64,000 nucleotides of DNA, taken from NCBI GenBank assembly GCA_951406725.2, contig OX597842.1:5208001-5272000 (forward strand), written 5' to 3'. The notes under the pieces are model-generated. The model was not told where the DNA came from and did no database searches. It saw only the letters and a program-made list of their open reading frames with translations. This stretch comes from Octopus vulgaris. Taxonomy: Eukaryota. Both the position numbers and the translations under genes were made by a program. Shown one piece after another: positions 41,201 through 55,789 of this stretch. Numbering within the stretch: the stretch's first letter is position 1; every line of letters begins with the position of its first letter.

Positions 41201-41666
41201 GGGTAGAGAAAGGGAGAAAAAATTGCAATAATAAATTTATTAAAATTATCTTATACTTTATATAAAAACGGGGCGGGGTGAACAACAGTAAACATCATTA
41301 TCTAACGTGTCCTTTATCTAAAATTATGAATTAAGCAATATTTGGCTGCTATTTTTAGCCAATCGAGAGTCTCCGTTGTCGTCTGTCTCATAGTAATAGT
41401 GTGATTAATAACAGAATAAGAGAATAGTGGCGTGAACGGGATTTGATGAATAATCGCTGCGATGACGTCATTTGGAGCAGTTCAGCAGCTGATTGACATT
41501 CGCCTCATGCCTTACATTCAGCAGGGTCAGACAGCAACGTAGAGCACCACCTGCTAGAAACAGCAGCCACATCTCAAAATAGCCCGCAAATAAAACAGCC
41601 TTTAGTCTTAAAAGAAAATGGAAGGACATGTTAGAAAATACTGTCCAACAAACATTACATATTATA

Positions 41667-41711
<45 letters not shown>

Positions 41712-42085
41712 TACATAGAAACAGCAAGAGAGACGTTGGAGTATAGCGTACCACGTACACTAACTAGAAATAGCAGCCAAATCTTAAAATATACCCTGTA
41801 GCACTTATGAAAAAACGAAGGACACATTAGAAAATGTAATCCTGTATATATATATATATATACATAAATATATATACACACACACATATATATATACATA
41901 CATACACATATATATATACATACATACACATACATATACATATATATATATACATACATATATATATACATACATATATAAATACATATACATATATACA
42001 TACATATATACATATACACATACATATACACATATACACATACATATACACATATACACATACATATACACATACATATATATAT

Positions 42086-42130
<45 letters not shown>

Positions 42131-42476
42131 TACAAATCCATACACAGGGCTTTAGTCAGCTGAAGGCTAAAGTAGACACACGCCCAAGGTGCCACGCAGT
42201 GGGACTGAACCTGGAAGCATGTGGTTGGAAAATAAGCTTCTTACCACACAGTCACACCTTAAATTGCTTGGTGGCTTTGCACCTTCAAAGGTGTGTAAAA
42301 TACTAAAATAAGAGACCCCATAATTGAAAAGCTGGTGAGATTAATGATAAGAACAATGTCTTAACAACATACTCATCTAACGCATGCTAGCATGGAAAAA
42401 CAGACATAAAAACGAAAAATCTGTTTCACCCAACTTTTAATCTCTGAGAAAGATATGACTGTATCATACGATTTAA

Positions 42477-42761
42477 CCCTTTAGTGTTCACATTATTCTG
42501 CCAAAATCCTTTTTTTATCGGTGCCCCAGCATGGCCACAGCTAGTGAGCTGAAACTAAATAAATAAAAAAATAAATAAATAAAAAAAATTGGCATAGGAG
42601 TAGCTGTGTCGTAAGTAGCTTGCTTACCAACCACATGGTTCTGGGTTCAGTCCCACTGCATGGCACCTTGGGCAAGTGTCTTCTACTATAGCCTTGGGCC
42701 AACCAAATCCTTGTGAGTGAATTTGGTAGATGGAAACTGAAAGAAGCCCATCGTATATATA

Positions 42762-42802
<41 letters not shown>

Positions 42803-43204
42803 TTATGTATGTGCGTGTTTGAGTGTCTGTGTTTGTCCCCTCCAACATCTCTTGACAACCGATGCTGGTGTGTTTACGTCCCCGTAACTTAGCGGTTCGG
42901 CAAAAAAGAGACCAATAAAATAAGTACTAGACTTACAAAGAATAAGTCTTGGGGTTGATTTGATCAACTTAAGGCGGTGCTCCAGCATGGCCACAGTTAC
43001 ATGACTGAAGCAAGTAAAAGAGTAAAAGAGTATTGTTTTGAACTAATCCTGCATTATCTTGTAGCTATGAGATTTTGATGGAGGTAGCTGTTAATTTTTA
43101 AAACGACATTGTAGGGTTGGTGTGAGAGACCAGATCTGGCCAGTTTGACCATAAAACAGGCAGAATACTTTTAGCCGGATATGGCCGGTTTGAATGCAAA
43201 AGGG
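42477..43204. mobile_element. TTAA-flanked MITE carrying a nested CORE-like SINE (42592-43030)
   Basis: Ends read TTAA|cccttt...aaaggg|TTAA. An uninterrupted copy lies at 45065-45285. Confidence 0.8.
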
Positions 43205-43839
43205 TTAAAATTGGTTCTTCTTTTAACTCTTATTACAATCATCATCATCATCGTTTAATGTCCGTTTTCCATGCTAGCTTGGGTTGGACGGTTCAACTGG
43301 GGTCTGGTAAGCCAGAAGGCTGCACCAGGTTCCAGTCTGATCTGGCAGTGTTTCTACGGCTGGATGCCCTTCCTAACGCCAACCACTCCGTGAGTGTAGT
43401 GGGTGCTTTTTACATGCCACCTGCACAGGTGCCAGGGGAGGTTGGCAAACGGCCACGATCAGATGGTGCTTTTTACGTGCCACTGGCATGGGGGCCAGGC
43501 GAGGCTGGCAACGTCCACAATCGAATGGTGCATTTTATGTGCCACCGGCACGGAGGGCAGTCAGGGCAGCGCTGGCAACAGCCACGTTCAGATGATTCTC
43601 TTACGTGCCATCGGCACTGGTATCACAGCTACAATTTCCATTGATGTTGATCGAATATTCTTGAAAATAGAAATAATATATTTCTAAATCTCTCAAAGAG
43701 ATTTATGCAGTAGCAGCACAATAAAGTGATAGTATGTTGCCAATTTAATGTGCCAGTCCCATGAAAGGGAAGAATGTTACTGTTATTTAGCCCTAGGAAA
43801 CGCCATTTCCTGTTGGACTTAACACATTTCCAGTGTCTT

Positions 43840-46300
43840 GTTGAAATACTCTGTAATTGTTTCAACCGATTTTGAAAATAATTAAGAAATATAGTAAAAT
43901 AACTTTTGTCATTATTGATCTGGTGTTTAGAACATAAATTAACCTGAAATTTTGAATAAAGGTTCTGAGATCACTTTAGCCATTTTGTTATATTTCTGCT
44001 GAAATACTCTCTCTCTCTCTGTTTACTTGTTTCAGTCATTTGACTGCGGCCATGCTGGAGCACCGCCTTTAGTCAAACAAATCAACTCCGGGACTTATTC
44101 TTTGTAAGCCCAGTACTTATTCTATCGGTCTCTTTTTGCCGAACCGCTAAGTGACGGGGACGTAAACACACCAGCATCGGTTGTCAAGCAATGCTAGGGG
44201 GACAAACACAGACACACAAACATACATATATATGACAGGCTTCTTTCAGTTTCCGTCTACCAATTTCACTTACAAGGCTTTGGTCAGCCCGAGGCTATAG
44301 TAGAAGACACTTGCCCAAGGTGCCACGCAGTGGGACTGAACCTGGAACCATGTGGTTGGTAAGCAAGCTACTTACCACACAGCCACTCCTGCGCCTACAC
44401 AGACTTTGTTTTAATTAATTTTTAAAATAATGAAGAATTTATTAAAATAATTTACTATTAAGTGAGATTTTGGTACATAAATTAACGCAAAATTTTGATG
44501 GAATTCAGACCACTCTGAATAGGAAATTTGTCTCATAGAATTAGATGTGGTCTTAGGTAAGCTAGTATGAAAAGGGTTGGGCCTTTTGTTAGTACATTCC
44601 TGCTGAAATACGCTGTCTGTTTCAATAAATTTTGAAAATGACCATCATTAGTATATTGGTATCATTTCTGCACCTCGAGTCTGGTGTCTTGGACCATTTG
44701 GCACTTGGAAATTAAATTAACATGGAATTTTGAAGGAATTTTTTTTATTTAGATCAATTAACCCTTTTTGTTACTTTATTCCTGTTGAAACACAAACACA
44801 CTGCTTTTGTGTTAATTTATTTTGAAATAATAAAGAATTTAGTGAAGTAATTTACTATTAAGCCAGTGTTTGAAACAAATCAACAAGAAATTTTGATGGA
44901 ATATTTTAATTTAGATCACTTTAACCGTTTTGTTATTATATTTCTGTTGAAATATGTTGTGTTTGTTTCAATTAATTTTGGAAATGGTGGAAAATTTACT
45001 AAAATAAGCTGGTGTTTGGAACAAAAAGTAACAAGGAATTTTTATTCCAAACACTTTGAATTAACCCTTTAGTGTTCGCATCATTCTGCCAAAATTAATG
45101 CCTTTTTATCCACATTGTTTTGAACTAATCTTGCATTATCTTGTAGCTATGAGATTTTGATGAGGTAGCTGTTAATTTTTAAAACGATATTGTAGGGTTG
45201 GTCTGAGAGACCAGATCTGGACAGTTTGAACATAAAACAGGCAGAATACTTTTGGCCGGATATGGCCGGTTTAAATGCTAAAGGGTTAAGATCACTTTAA
45301 CCCTTTAGTTATAATATTTCTGTTGAAATACACTACATGCTCAAGTAAGCTAACAACCAGCTTAAGCACCTTTTTGAGCTCCATGTGTCTAACACCCGTG
45401 GACATGCCTACAAAGTCAGAAAACAGCACAGCTCCCATGACTCTCAGAAACATTATTTTCACACTCAGAGTTGCTGAAGCATGGAACGAACAACCTGCAT
45501 CAGTTGTTAGTTGTCGGAGCACTGCATCCTTCAAAACTTCCATGCTTCCTGAGATTCGCCAACACTACACCTGATTTTCTCCTCCTCCATACACACACAA
45601 GCATGCATCTGACTCATACGCTGTTCACTTCCTAGACATTTGTACATTACTGCATATACTTTATATGCACTTATGACAAGTTATGGTGCACCTGAGCACT
45701 GTATACAAGAATTTCATTATTATTATTATTATTAAAATTATCAACCATCTTACAAACAATAACTCTGAGCACCTTTTCAAACTCCACCTGACTAACATCC
45801 GTGGACATGTTTACAAAGTCAGAAAACAGCACAGCTCCAATGACTTTTGGAAACATTATTTTCATGCTCAGAATTGCTGAAGCATGGAACAAACTATCTG
45901 CATCAATTGTTAGTTGCCGAGACATTGCATCCTTCAAAACCTCCATGCTTCCTGAAATTCGCCAACACCACACCTGATATCCCCACTCCATACGCATGCA
46001 CACATGTATATCATGTAGACCCACTTTAAAATATAAAGTTTGTACCATAGAACCACGGGTGGGCTCAGGTGGGGTGCTATATCAAAAGGGTTAACCTCTT
46101 GTGATCATATTTCTATTAAAATCCACTGCCTTTGTTTCAATAAATTTTCAAAAATAATGAAGAATTTGGTGAAATAACTTTGTCCTTATCAAACTGGTGT
46201 TTGGAATATAAATTAACAAGAAATTCTGCTGGATGGTTTTAATTTGTATCACTTTAAAACAGGAAGAACCTATCACAGGGGCAAGAGTGGTTCAAAGCAG
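43840..46300 (+). repeat. Cluster of about 7 TTAA-MITE copies in tandem with nested SINE, MITE and CR1 pieces
   Basis: The unit ctgttgaaata...tttcaattaattttgaaaataat.aagaatttagtaaaataa...ggtgtttggaacataaattaac recurs. Confidence 0.75.
45345..46010 (+). mobile_element. Two CR1/L2-type LINE 3' fragments
   Basis: Motif RGH.YKVRKQHS.....HFFTLRVAEAWN.LP with an (ATT)n tail. A third copy lies at 60620-61141. Confidence 0.8.
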
Positions 46301-47682
46301 GTGAACCATCATCAACAAGCTAATACCATCTTGAAAGAAATTCAGTCATCAGTTGAGAGAGAGGGCCAGCCATTGGATATGACAGGAAAGGGATTATGAA
46401 ACCTGATTAGAAACGTGATATGTGTTGCGTGTGTATATATATATATATACACACACATGAGAAGACCCGGAAAGCCAAGTGAGACCATAACCTTGTGGCC
46501 TATGCCAGGGGTGTAAACAGTCCACTTATGCGTACCTTTCCTTCATTGGACACTAAACTCTGCTTGCAAAGACCTGTTGAGGTAAGTGAAAAGTGAAATC
46601 AAAATCAAATTCGATGACTGGCATCTGTGCTGGTGGAGCACTAATAGCACCATCCAAGCGTGATCATTGCCAGAGCGGCAAACTGGCTTCCATGTTGGTG
46701 GAACGTAAAAAGCACCATTCGAACGTGATCATTACCAGCATCTCCTTACTGGCACTTGTGCCAGTGACAAGTAAAAGCACCCACTACACTCTCGGAGTGG
46801 TTGGTGTTAGGAAGGGCATCCAGCTGTAGAAACTCTGCCAGATCAAGATTGGAGCCTGGTGCAGCCATCTGGTTCGCCAGTCCTCAGTAAAATCGTCCAA
46901 CCCATGCTAGCATGAAACACAGACATTAGACAATGGCGATGATATATATATATCATCATCATCATCATCGTTTAGCGTCCGTTTTCCATGCTAGCATGGG
47001 TTGGATGGTTCTACTGGGGTCTGTGAAGCCAGAAGGCTTCATCAGGCCCAGTCAAATCTGGCAGTGTTTCTACGGCTGGATGCCCTTCCTAACGCCAACC
47101 ACTCCGTGAGTGTAGTGGGTGCTTTTTACGTGCCACCCACACAGGTGCCAGACAGAGCTGGCAAACGGCCACAAACGGATGGTGCTTTTTATGTGCCACC
47201 GGCACAAGGGCCAGGCGAGGCTGGCAACGGACACGAAACGGGGCGGTGCTGGCAACGGTCGCGAAACAGAAGGTTCTCTTACATGCCACCGGCACTGGTA
47301 ACACATCTGCAATTTCCATTGATCGATTTCCATTCTGATCCTCACTTGCCTCAACAGGTCTTCACAAGTAGAGTTTTGTGTCCCAAGAAGGGAAGGTATG
47401 CATACGTAGGCTGGCTCCATCCCATGTAGAAGGCCACGGGTTATGGACTCACTTGTCCTGCCGGGTCTTCTCACGCACAGCACACTTCCAGAGGTCTCGG
47501 TCTCTAGTCATTTCCTCAGTGAGACCTAAAGTTCGAAGGTCGTGCTTCACCACCTCGTCCCAGGTTTTCCTGGGTCTGCCTCTTCCACAGGTTCCCTCAA
47601 CCGCTAGGGTGTGGCACTTTTTCACACAACTATCTTCATCTATTCTCACCACATGACCATACCAGCGCAAACGTCTCTCTTG

Positions 47683-47731
<49 letters not shown>

Positions 47732-49004
47732 TCATCATCATCATTTAACGTCCGCTTTCCATGCTAGCATGTGCAATACAATAGTATTATTTTCCAGCAA
47801 AATAAAGCATTGTAAAAGTAGAATTATAAATAGGAAATAGTGGCACAACAAGGCACAAATATTTACTGGAAATAGCAGTCAATAACCATACGACGCTATG
47901 TAAAGCTTCACTGAATGTATGGGTAAAAGTAGGAATGATCATGGGATTGCACCTAGATAGTTACTTTCCAAGGTAGAAGTCTGAGCAAGGTGTTTGTGGA
48001 AAACCAACAGCTGCCCATGCATAGCAGCCACCCCTCTCCACATCACCAGTGTTATCCAAGGGAAAGGCAAAGGGGCCGATACAGCTTGGCACCTGTGACG
48101 TCGCAACTCATTTCTACAGCTGAGTGAACTGGAGTAACGTGAAATAAAGTATCTTGCTCAAGAACACAACACACAGCCTGGTCCAGGAATCGAACTCACT
48201 ACCTCATTTATTGTGAACCCAACGCTCTAACCCAGCATTTCTCAACCGGGGTTCCCCAGAAGGTTCCTAGGGGTTCCACGAGAAAGAGTGAGATGGATGA
48301 GCAATGTGAAATAAAGTGTCTTGTTCAAGGATACAACGCGTCACCAGGAATTGAACTCACAACCTTACAATCCAGAGTTGCGAGTTCAATTCCTGGTGAT
48401 GTGTTGTGTTCTTGAGCAAGACACTTCATTTCACATAGCTCCTGTCCACTCGGCTGGCAGAAATGAGTCATACCTGTAATTCATAGAGGGCAAGCCTTGT
48501 CACATTCTGAGTCATACTGAATCTCCCTGAGAAGTACTCTAAGGGTACACATGTCTGTGGCAAAGCCAGGAGCCACATCAGGTTCCATAACCTGTTTTGG
48601 TTTGGTTTCCACAGGAGGATGCCCTTACTAATGCCAACCGCTTTACAGAGTGGCCTGGGTACTCATTAATTTCATGATTATAATATTACTATACATGCAC
48701 AATATATTACTGGTTATTGTAATATTGTAGCACAGACATCATCCTGTCTGACCTATTATGTTATCAAAAAAATATAACAACCATTATATATACATATATT
48801 TACCATGTGAACTACAATGAAAAAGATATGAGAAAGATATTGTATATAATTTTATGGCTTCTTTCAGTTTCTGTCTACCAAATCCATACACAAGGCTTTG
48901 GTTGGCCAGAGGCTATAGAAGACACTCGCTCATGGTGTCATGCAGAGGAATTGAACCTGGAACAATGTGGTTGGGAAGCAAGCTTCTTACCACACAGTCA
49001 TGCT

Positions 49005-49040
<36 letters not shown>

Positions 49041-49352
49041 AAGATTGCGGTTTCAATTCCTGGACTGGGCGAAGCTTTGTGTTCTGGAGCAAAACACTTC
49101 ATTTCATGTTGCTCCGTCCACTCAGCTGGCAAAAATTAGTAACGCTGCGATGGACTGGCATCCCGTCCAGCTGGGGAGCACATACGCCATAGAAGCCAGG
49201 CCCTTGAGCCTGGCTAGGCTTTAAAATGGCACATTTATTTATGTTATATATATAACGGGAAGGTTTACGAAAATAAACAAAAGATGAAGGCAGGTGGAGT
49301 ACAAACAAACAAATGTATTAGTATGGCGCTCAGGAATAGAAATAGAACAAGT

Positions 49353-49388
49353 CTTTTACGTTTCGAGCCTATGCTCTTCGACAGAAAG
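49353..49388 (-). ncRNA. Hammerhead-like motif (A6U variant), family C
   Basis: CUUU-CUGUCGA-A-GAGC[AUAG]GCUC-GAA-ACGU-A-AAAG. Confidence 0.55.
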
Positions 49389-50559
49389 ATACACAGAAAA
49401 GAAAAAAAAGGATATATATATATATATATATATATAACATGAGCAAGCAAGAAAAAACAACAACGTGAGGACATGGAATAAGTACAGTGTTATTGGACAC
49501 TCAGGAAAGGAAAGAAAAGAAAGAGGCTTTCATGTTTTCAGTGGAGCTCTTCGTCAGAAACATAGGAAATGGAAAGATCCAAGGAAGGGAAGACGGAGAA
49601 AGAAAATCGCCAACGATACACACGCGTGAGACAGGTATTTTGTCTTATATCGTAAGTCACACCTGCATGACTTGTCACTTAGAACGGTGCTGATGAGCCC
49701 AAGTTCAAGGAGCTGCATGACAACTGGTGTTGGTGTGTTTATGTCCCCCATAACTTAGCGGTTCACCAAAAGAGACCTACAGAATAAGTACTAGGCTTAA
49801 GAAATAAGCCCTGGCGTCAATTTCTTTGACTAAAACTCTTCAAGACAGTGCTCCAGTATGGCCACAGTCAAATGACTGAAACAAGAAAAAAAAAAGGGTT
49901 TTGTGTCTACATTTTTTTTTTTTTTTAACCCTTTCTCAATTTTCAAGTTTAACCTTTTTGGGAGGCGTACTTACTCCATCTGACAAGGAGTCTGGTCAGA
50001 GACGACATACTGGCTTCAAATTTTGGCATAAGGCCAGGAATTTTAGGGAGCAGTTAAGACAACTGCATTGACCCTGTTGCTCAACAGGTGCATATTCTAT
50101 CAACCCCGAAAGGTTGAAAGGCAAGGTGAACTTTGGCGGAGTTTCAATGCGAGACGATATATTGAAAGCAAAGCAATCACAGTGTGGAAGATTTATATTA
50201 ACCATTCAAAAACTGTTGGCTACTAAAACATTTATTATTTAATGTCAAAATTCGCAAAATCAATACCAAACAATGAATGTTTAGGTCAAGTTTGTATCTG
50301 CTTGAATTGCTAATGTGTGCACCAGATTACTTGTGTGTGTATGTGTGTGCATATATATACATACACCGTTGGCGATTTTTATTCCTCCGTCTTCTCTTCC
50401 TTGGACCTTTCCTTTTCCTATGTTTCCGAGGAAGAGCTCTGCTCGAAACGTTAAACCCTCCTCCTTTCTTTCCTTTCCTGAGCGTCCAATAATACTATAT
50501 TTGTTCCATGTCCTTGCGTTGTTCTGTTTTTTCGTGCTTTCTTGGTTGGATTAACTACA

Positions 50560-52690
50560 TATACATATATATACATATATATACACACATACACACACAT
50601 ACATATATATGTACATACATATATACATATATATACATACACATACGTATATACATATATATATATATATACACATACGTATATACATATATATATATAC
50701 ACACATACGTATATACATATATATATATACACACATACGTATATACATATATATATATACACACATACGTATATACATATATATATATACACACATACGT
50801 ATATACATATATATATATACACACATACGTATATACATATATATATATACACACATACGTATATACATATATATATATACACACATACGTATATACATAT
50901 ATATATATACACACATACGTATATACATATATATATATACACACATACGTATATACATATATATATATACACACATACGTATATACATATATATATATAC
51001 ACACATACGTATATACATATATATATATACACACATACGTATATACATATATATATATACACACATACGTATATACATATATATATATACACACATACGT
51101 ATATACATATATATATATACACACATACGTATACACATATATATATATACACACATACGTATACACATATATATATATACACACATACGTATACACACAT
51201 ACGTATATACATATATATATACACACATACGTATATACATATATATATATACACACATACGTATATACATATATATATACACACATACGTATATACATAT
51301 ATATATACACATACGTATATACATATATATATATACACATACGTATATACATACACATACGTATATACATATATATATATACACACATACGTATATACAT
51401 ATATATATATACACACATACGTATATACATATATATATATACACACATACGTATATACATATATATATATACACACATACGTATATACATATATATATAC
51501 ACACATACGTATATACATATATATATATACACACATACGTATATACATATATATATATACACACATACGTATATACATATATATATATACACACATACGT
51601 ATATACATATATATATATACACACATACGTATATACATATATATATATACACACATACGTATATACATATATATATATACACACATACGTATATACATAT
51701 ATATATATACACACATACGTATATACATATATATATATACACACATACGTATATACATATATATATATACACATACGTATATACATATATATATATACAC
51801 ATACGTATATACATATATATATATACACATACGTATATACATATATATATATACACATACGTATATACATATATATATATACACATACGTATATACATAT
51901 ATATATACACATACGTATATACATATATATATATACACATACGTATATACATATATATATATATATACACATACGTATATACATATATATATATACACAT
52001 ACGTATATACATATATATATATATACACATACGTATATACATATATATATATATACACACATACGTATATACATATATATATACACATATGTATATACAT
52101 ATATATATACACACACGTATATACATATATATATACACATACGTATATACATATATATATACACATACGTATATACATATATATATACACATACGTATAT
52201 ACATATATATATATACACATACGTATATACATATATATATACACATACGTATATACATATATATATATACACATACGTATATACATATATATATACACAT
52301 ACGTATATACATATATATATACACATACGTATATACATATATATATATATACACATACGTATATACATATATATATACACATACGTATATACATATATAT
52401 ATATACACATACGTATATACATATATATATATATACACATACGTATATACATATATACACATACGTATATACATATATACACATACGTATATACATATAT
52501 ATATATATACACATACGTATATACATATATATATATATACACATACGTATATACATATATATATATATACACATAAATATATACACACATAAATATATAC
52601 ATATATACACATAAATATATACACACATAAATATATACATATATATATATATATATGTATGCATGCATGCATGTATGTGTATATATATAT
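50560..52690. repeat. About 2-kb satellite of 26-30-bp units (acacatacgtatatacatatatatatatac)
   Basis: Near-perfect tandem array, and the source of the 650-740 aa spurious ORFs. Confidence 0.95.
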
Positions 52691-53433
52691 AAAATTAATC
52701 CAAGCATGAAAACAAAGAGAAAACACAACAATGCGAGGACGTGGAACAAGTAAAGTGTTATTGGACGCTAAGGATTGTAAAGAAAGAAGAAGGATTTAAC
52801 GTTTCGAGTGGAGCTCTTCCTCGGAAACATAGGAAAAGGAAAGATCCAAGGAAGGGAAGACGGAGGGAAAAAAAAAATCGCCAATGATACACATGCGCTC
52901 ACATATATATGTACGTATATATATATAATAATATAAGTAACATATAAATATATGCATATATACATACATATATGTACATACGTACATATATATGTATATA
53001 TAAATGCATATATGGGTAGAGGACATCAAAAAAACGTTGAACACAATGCGGAACGAAAACATAGAAACAAACTTTTTTTCGGACGAGAAAAACAAACAGA
53101 GAAAGGAGACATGCAACATAAAGAATATTCCCCTTCTTCAGTTGTCCCTGTTTCATCTACTTCCACGTTTCGAAGGTAAGGACAAGGCGCGACTTCGTTG
53201 AAACAGTCCTTCCTGCAAAGAAAATTAAATAAAATTTGGGATTTTTTGCGGAGGGTGAAAGTGGTAACAAGAACAGGACAGTGAGAAACTATTGAAGCTA
53301 TTGAAAAAACCAAGACAAGGAAAATTTTAGAAAAATAAAAAAAAGAAATAATTGGAAATTTTACCGGTGAGTTAAATTATAAGGCATTAAAAGAAAATGA
53401 CTCCCCACCAGACACAACAGAATATATATAGAC

Positions 53434-53469
<36 letters not shown>

Positions 53470-54492
53470 CATCATCATCATCGTCGTTTAACGTCCGTTC
53501 TCCATGCTAGCATGGGTTGGACGGTTCGACCGGGGTTCTGGGAAGCCAGAAGGCTGCACCAGGCTCCAGTCTAATCTGGCAATGTTTCTACAGCTGGATG
53601 CCCTTCCTAACGCCAACCACTCCGTGTATATAAATATACATACATATATCTACATACAAGGTGGACCAAAAGTAGGTTGGCAGTAATTCAACTTATCTCT
53701 TTCGCATTCATATATTAACAGTTTAAATCTTAATTGTAAAAAAATATGAAACCATTATTCTATGCTAATTTAGTTAATTGTAAGATAGAAATTGAAGTAT
53801 AACAAAATGTTTGAAAAAAATTTAAAGTGCCTACATGATAATTGTAAACTGTTGGGCCTCCCTGTGTGTATGTATATATATATGAGAAGAAATAAGGTAC
53901 TCAGAAATCTGGATGGTTTCCAGATTTCTGAGTACCTTATTTCTTCTAATATATAATACCTGTACATCATCTCCAAACCTTCTAATATATATATATATAT
54001 CTATAATCAAAATAAGCAACAAGAATGACATTCTTGTTGATTATTTTGATTATAATCACCCCATGGATTTTTATGGATAACACCATACAAAACTCTGGTG
54101 CATCTAAATTAAGTACCATATTCATTTGAATCTAAATTTTTGCTGAACTTATATATATATACATACATAAGGATAAGATTGATATTTAAATACCAATTTT
54201 ATCAGGTGGCCAGCATGGGAATAAAGACCTTCAAAGGGAATAATTATTTAAAATTATAATTTAGGGTATCTAAAAGATACTACCACGCTGGAAATAGCAG
54301 CCAAAACTTGACTCTAAAACCACATTAAATTTTTATATATATATATATATATATTTTTATATATATATATATATATACTACCTCGAACACACAAGTGCAA
54401 ACAAGGGAGTCAGAGAAAGGCAGAATGCCACTTAAATCTGAACACTACTATAGAAATATTCTTTTAAAAAAACTTTTCTTCTAATTTTTCTA

Positions 54493-54530
54493 CAGTTGAA
54501 AAGGTCTCAAAATGACCGAAACCGGTACTG
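54493..54530 (+). ncRNA. Minimal type-I hammerhead with U3-A8 core covariation
   Basis: CAG-UUGAAAA-GGUC[UCAAAAU]GACC-GAA-ACCGGU-A-CUG. Confidence 0.6.
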
Positions 54531-55143
54531 AAATGTTCACTATAAAATTATTTTAGCATTTTCTATTTTTTACTTGTTTTTTCATATATATATATATATA
54601 TATACATGTTTATGCACTTATGTGTATGAAGTTATATAGATGTATACACATCATACATATATTTTATATATACATGCATATATGTACAATAATCACTTGC
54701 CAGAAAAATCCGTGATGTACTGAGGGTGCAACAGGTGAACCGCGATATGTAAATTCATATTTTGGATAATAGGTAATTATATTTTTTTAGATTTCAATTC
54801 TAAAATAAGCTGAGTATTCCACAGACATGTGTGTCCTTAACATAGTTTCCAGGGAGATTCAGCATAACACAAAATGTGATAAGGCCAGTCCTTTGAAATA
54901 CAACTCATTTTTGACAGCTGAGTAGACTCTCTCTCTCTTTTACTTGTTTCAGTCATTTGACTGTGGCCATGCTGGAGCAGCACCCTTTAGTCGAGCAAAT
55001 CGACCCCGGGACTTATTGTTTGTAAGCCCAGTACTTATTCTATCAGTCTCTTTTGCCGAACCGCTAAGTGACGGGGGAGTAAACACACCAGCATCAGTTG
55101 TCAAGTAATGATGGGGGGGACGACAAACAACACACAAACATAT

Positions 55144-55183
<40 letters not shown>

Positions 55184-55789
55184 CTACGACAGGCTTCTTT
55201 CAGTTTCCGTCTACCAAATCCACTCACAAGGCATTGGTCGGCCCGGGGCTATAGTAGAAGACACTTGCCCAAGATGCCACGCAGTGGGACTGAACCCGGA
55301 ACCATGTGGTTGGTAAACAAGCTACTTACCACACAGCCACTCCTGGGGCAGTGCGAAATAAAGTGTCTTGCTCAAGGACAGAATGCACCACCAGGATTTG
55401 AACTCGCATGTCTGTGGAGTACTGTGCTAGAATAAGCATTTTCACACCTAAAAATTAATTAATAAAAATACAGTACAGGACTGCACTAAATAACAAGTTA
55501 ATTAAAATATATTAATAGAAAATACGTAATGTACTGTAGATGAGTAAACAAGGAATCACTTATACTGTATGGAAAATGAAACTCAGGAGGCGAGTGTGTG
55601 GTGGTGTTTTGTATTTATAATAATAATGAATATATACAAATTATAAGAGTAATAAAAAAAAATACACAGTACAGTACTGTATCAGCTTCATGTATTTTCA
55701 CCTATCATGGGGAGTTTGGGAGTGTAACAGGTGAAATAGTTGAGGGATTACTGTGTATACACATACACAGATACAAACGTACATACATA

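Noticed and set aside
50451-52749. 650-740 aa ORFs on both strands
   Set aside because: They are translations of a stop-free TA/CA satellite. The same applies to the YI/CV/HT-rich ORFs throughout the window.
53125-53180. Type II hammerhead on the minus strand (CGAAACGT...CTGAAGA)
   Set aside because: There is no stem I pairing, and G occupies the cleavage position.
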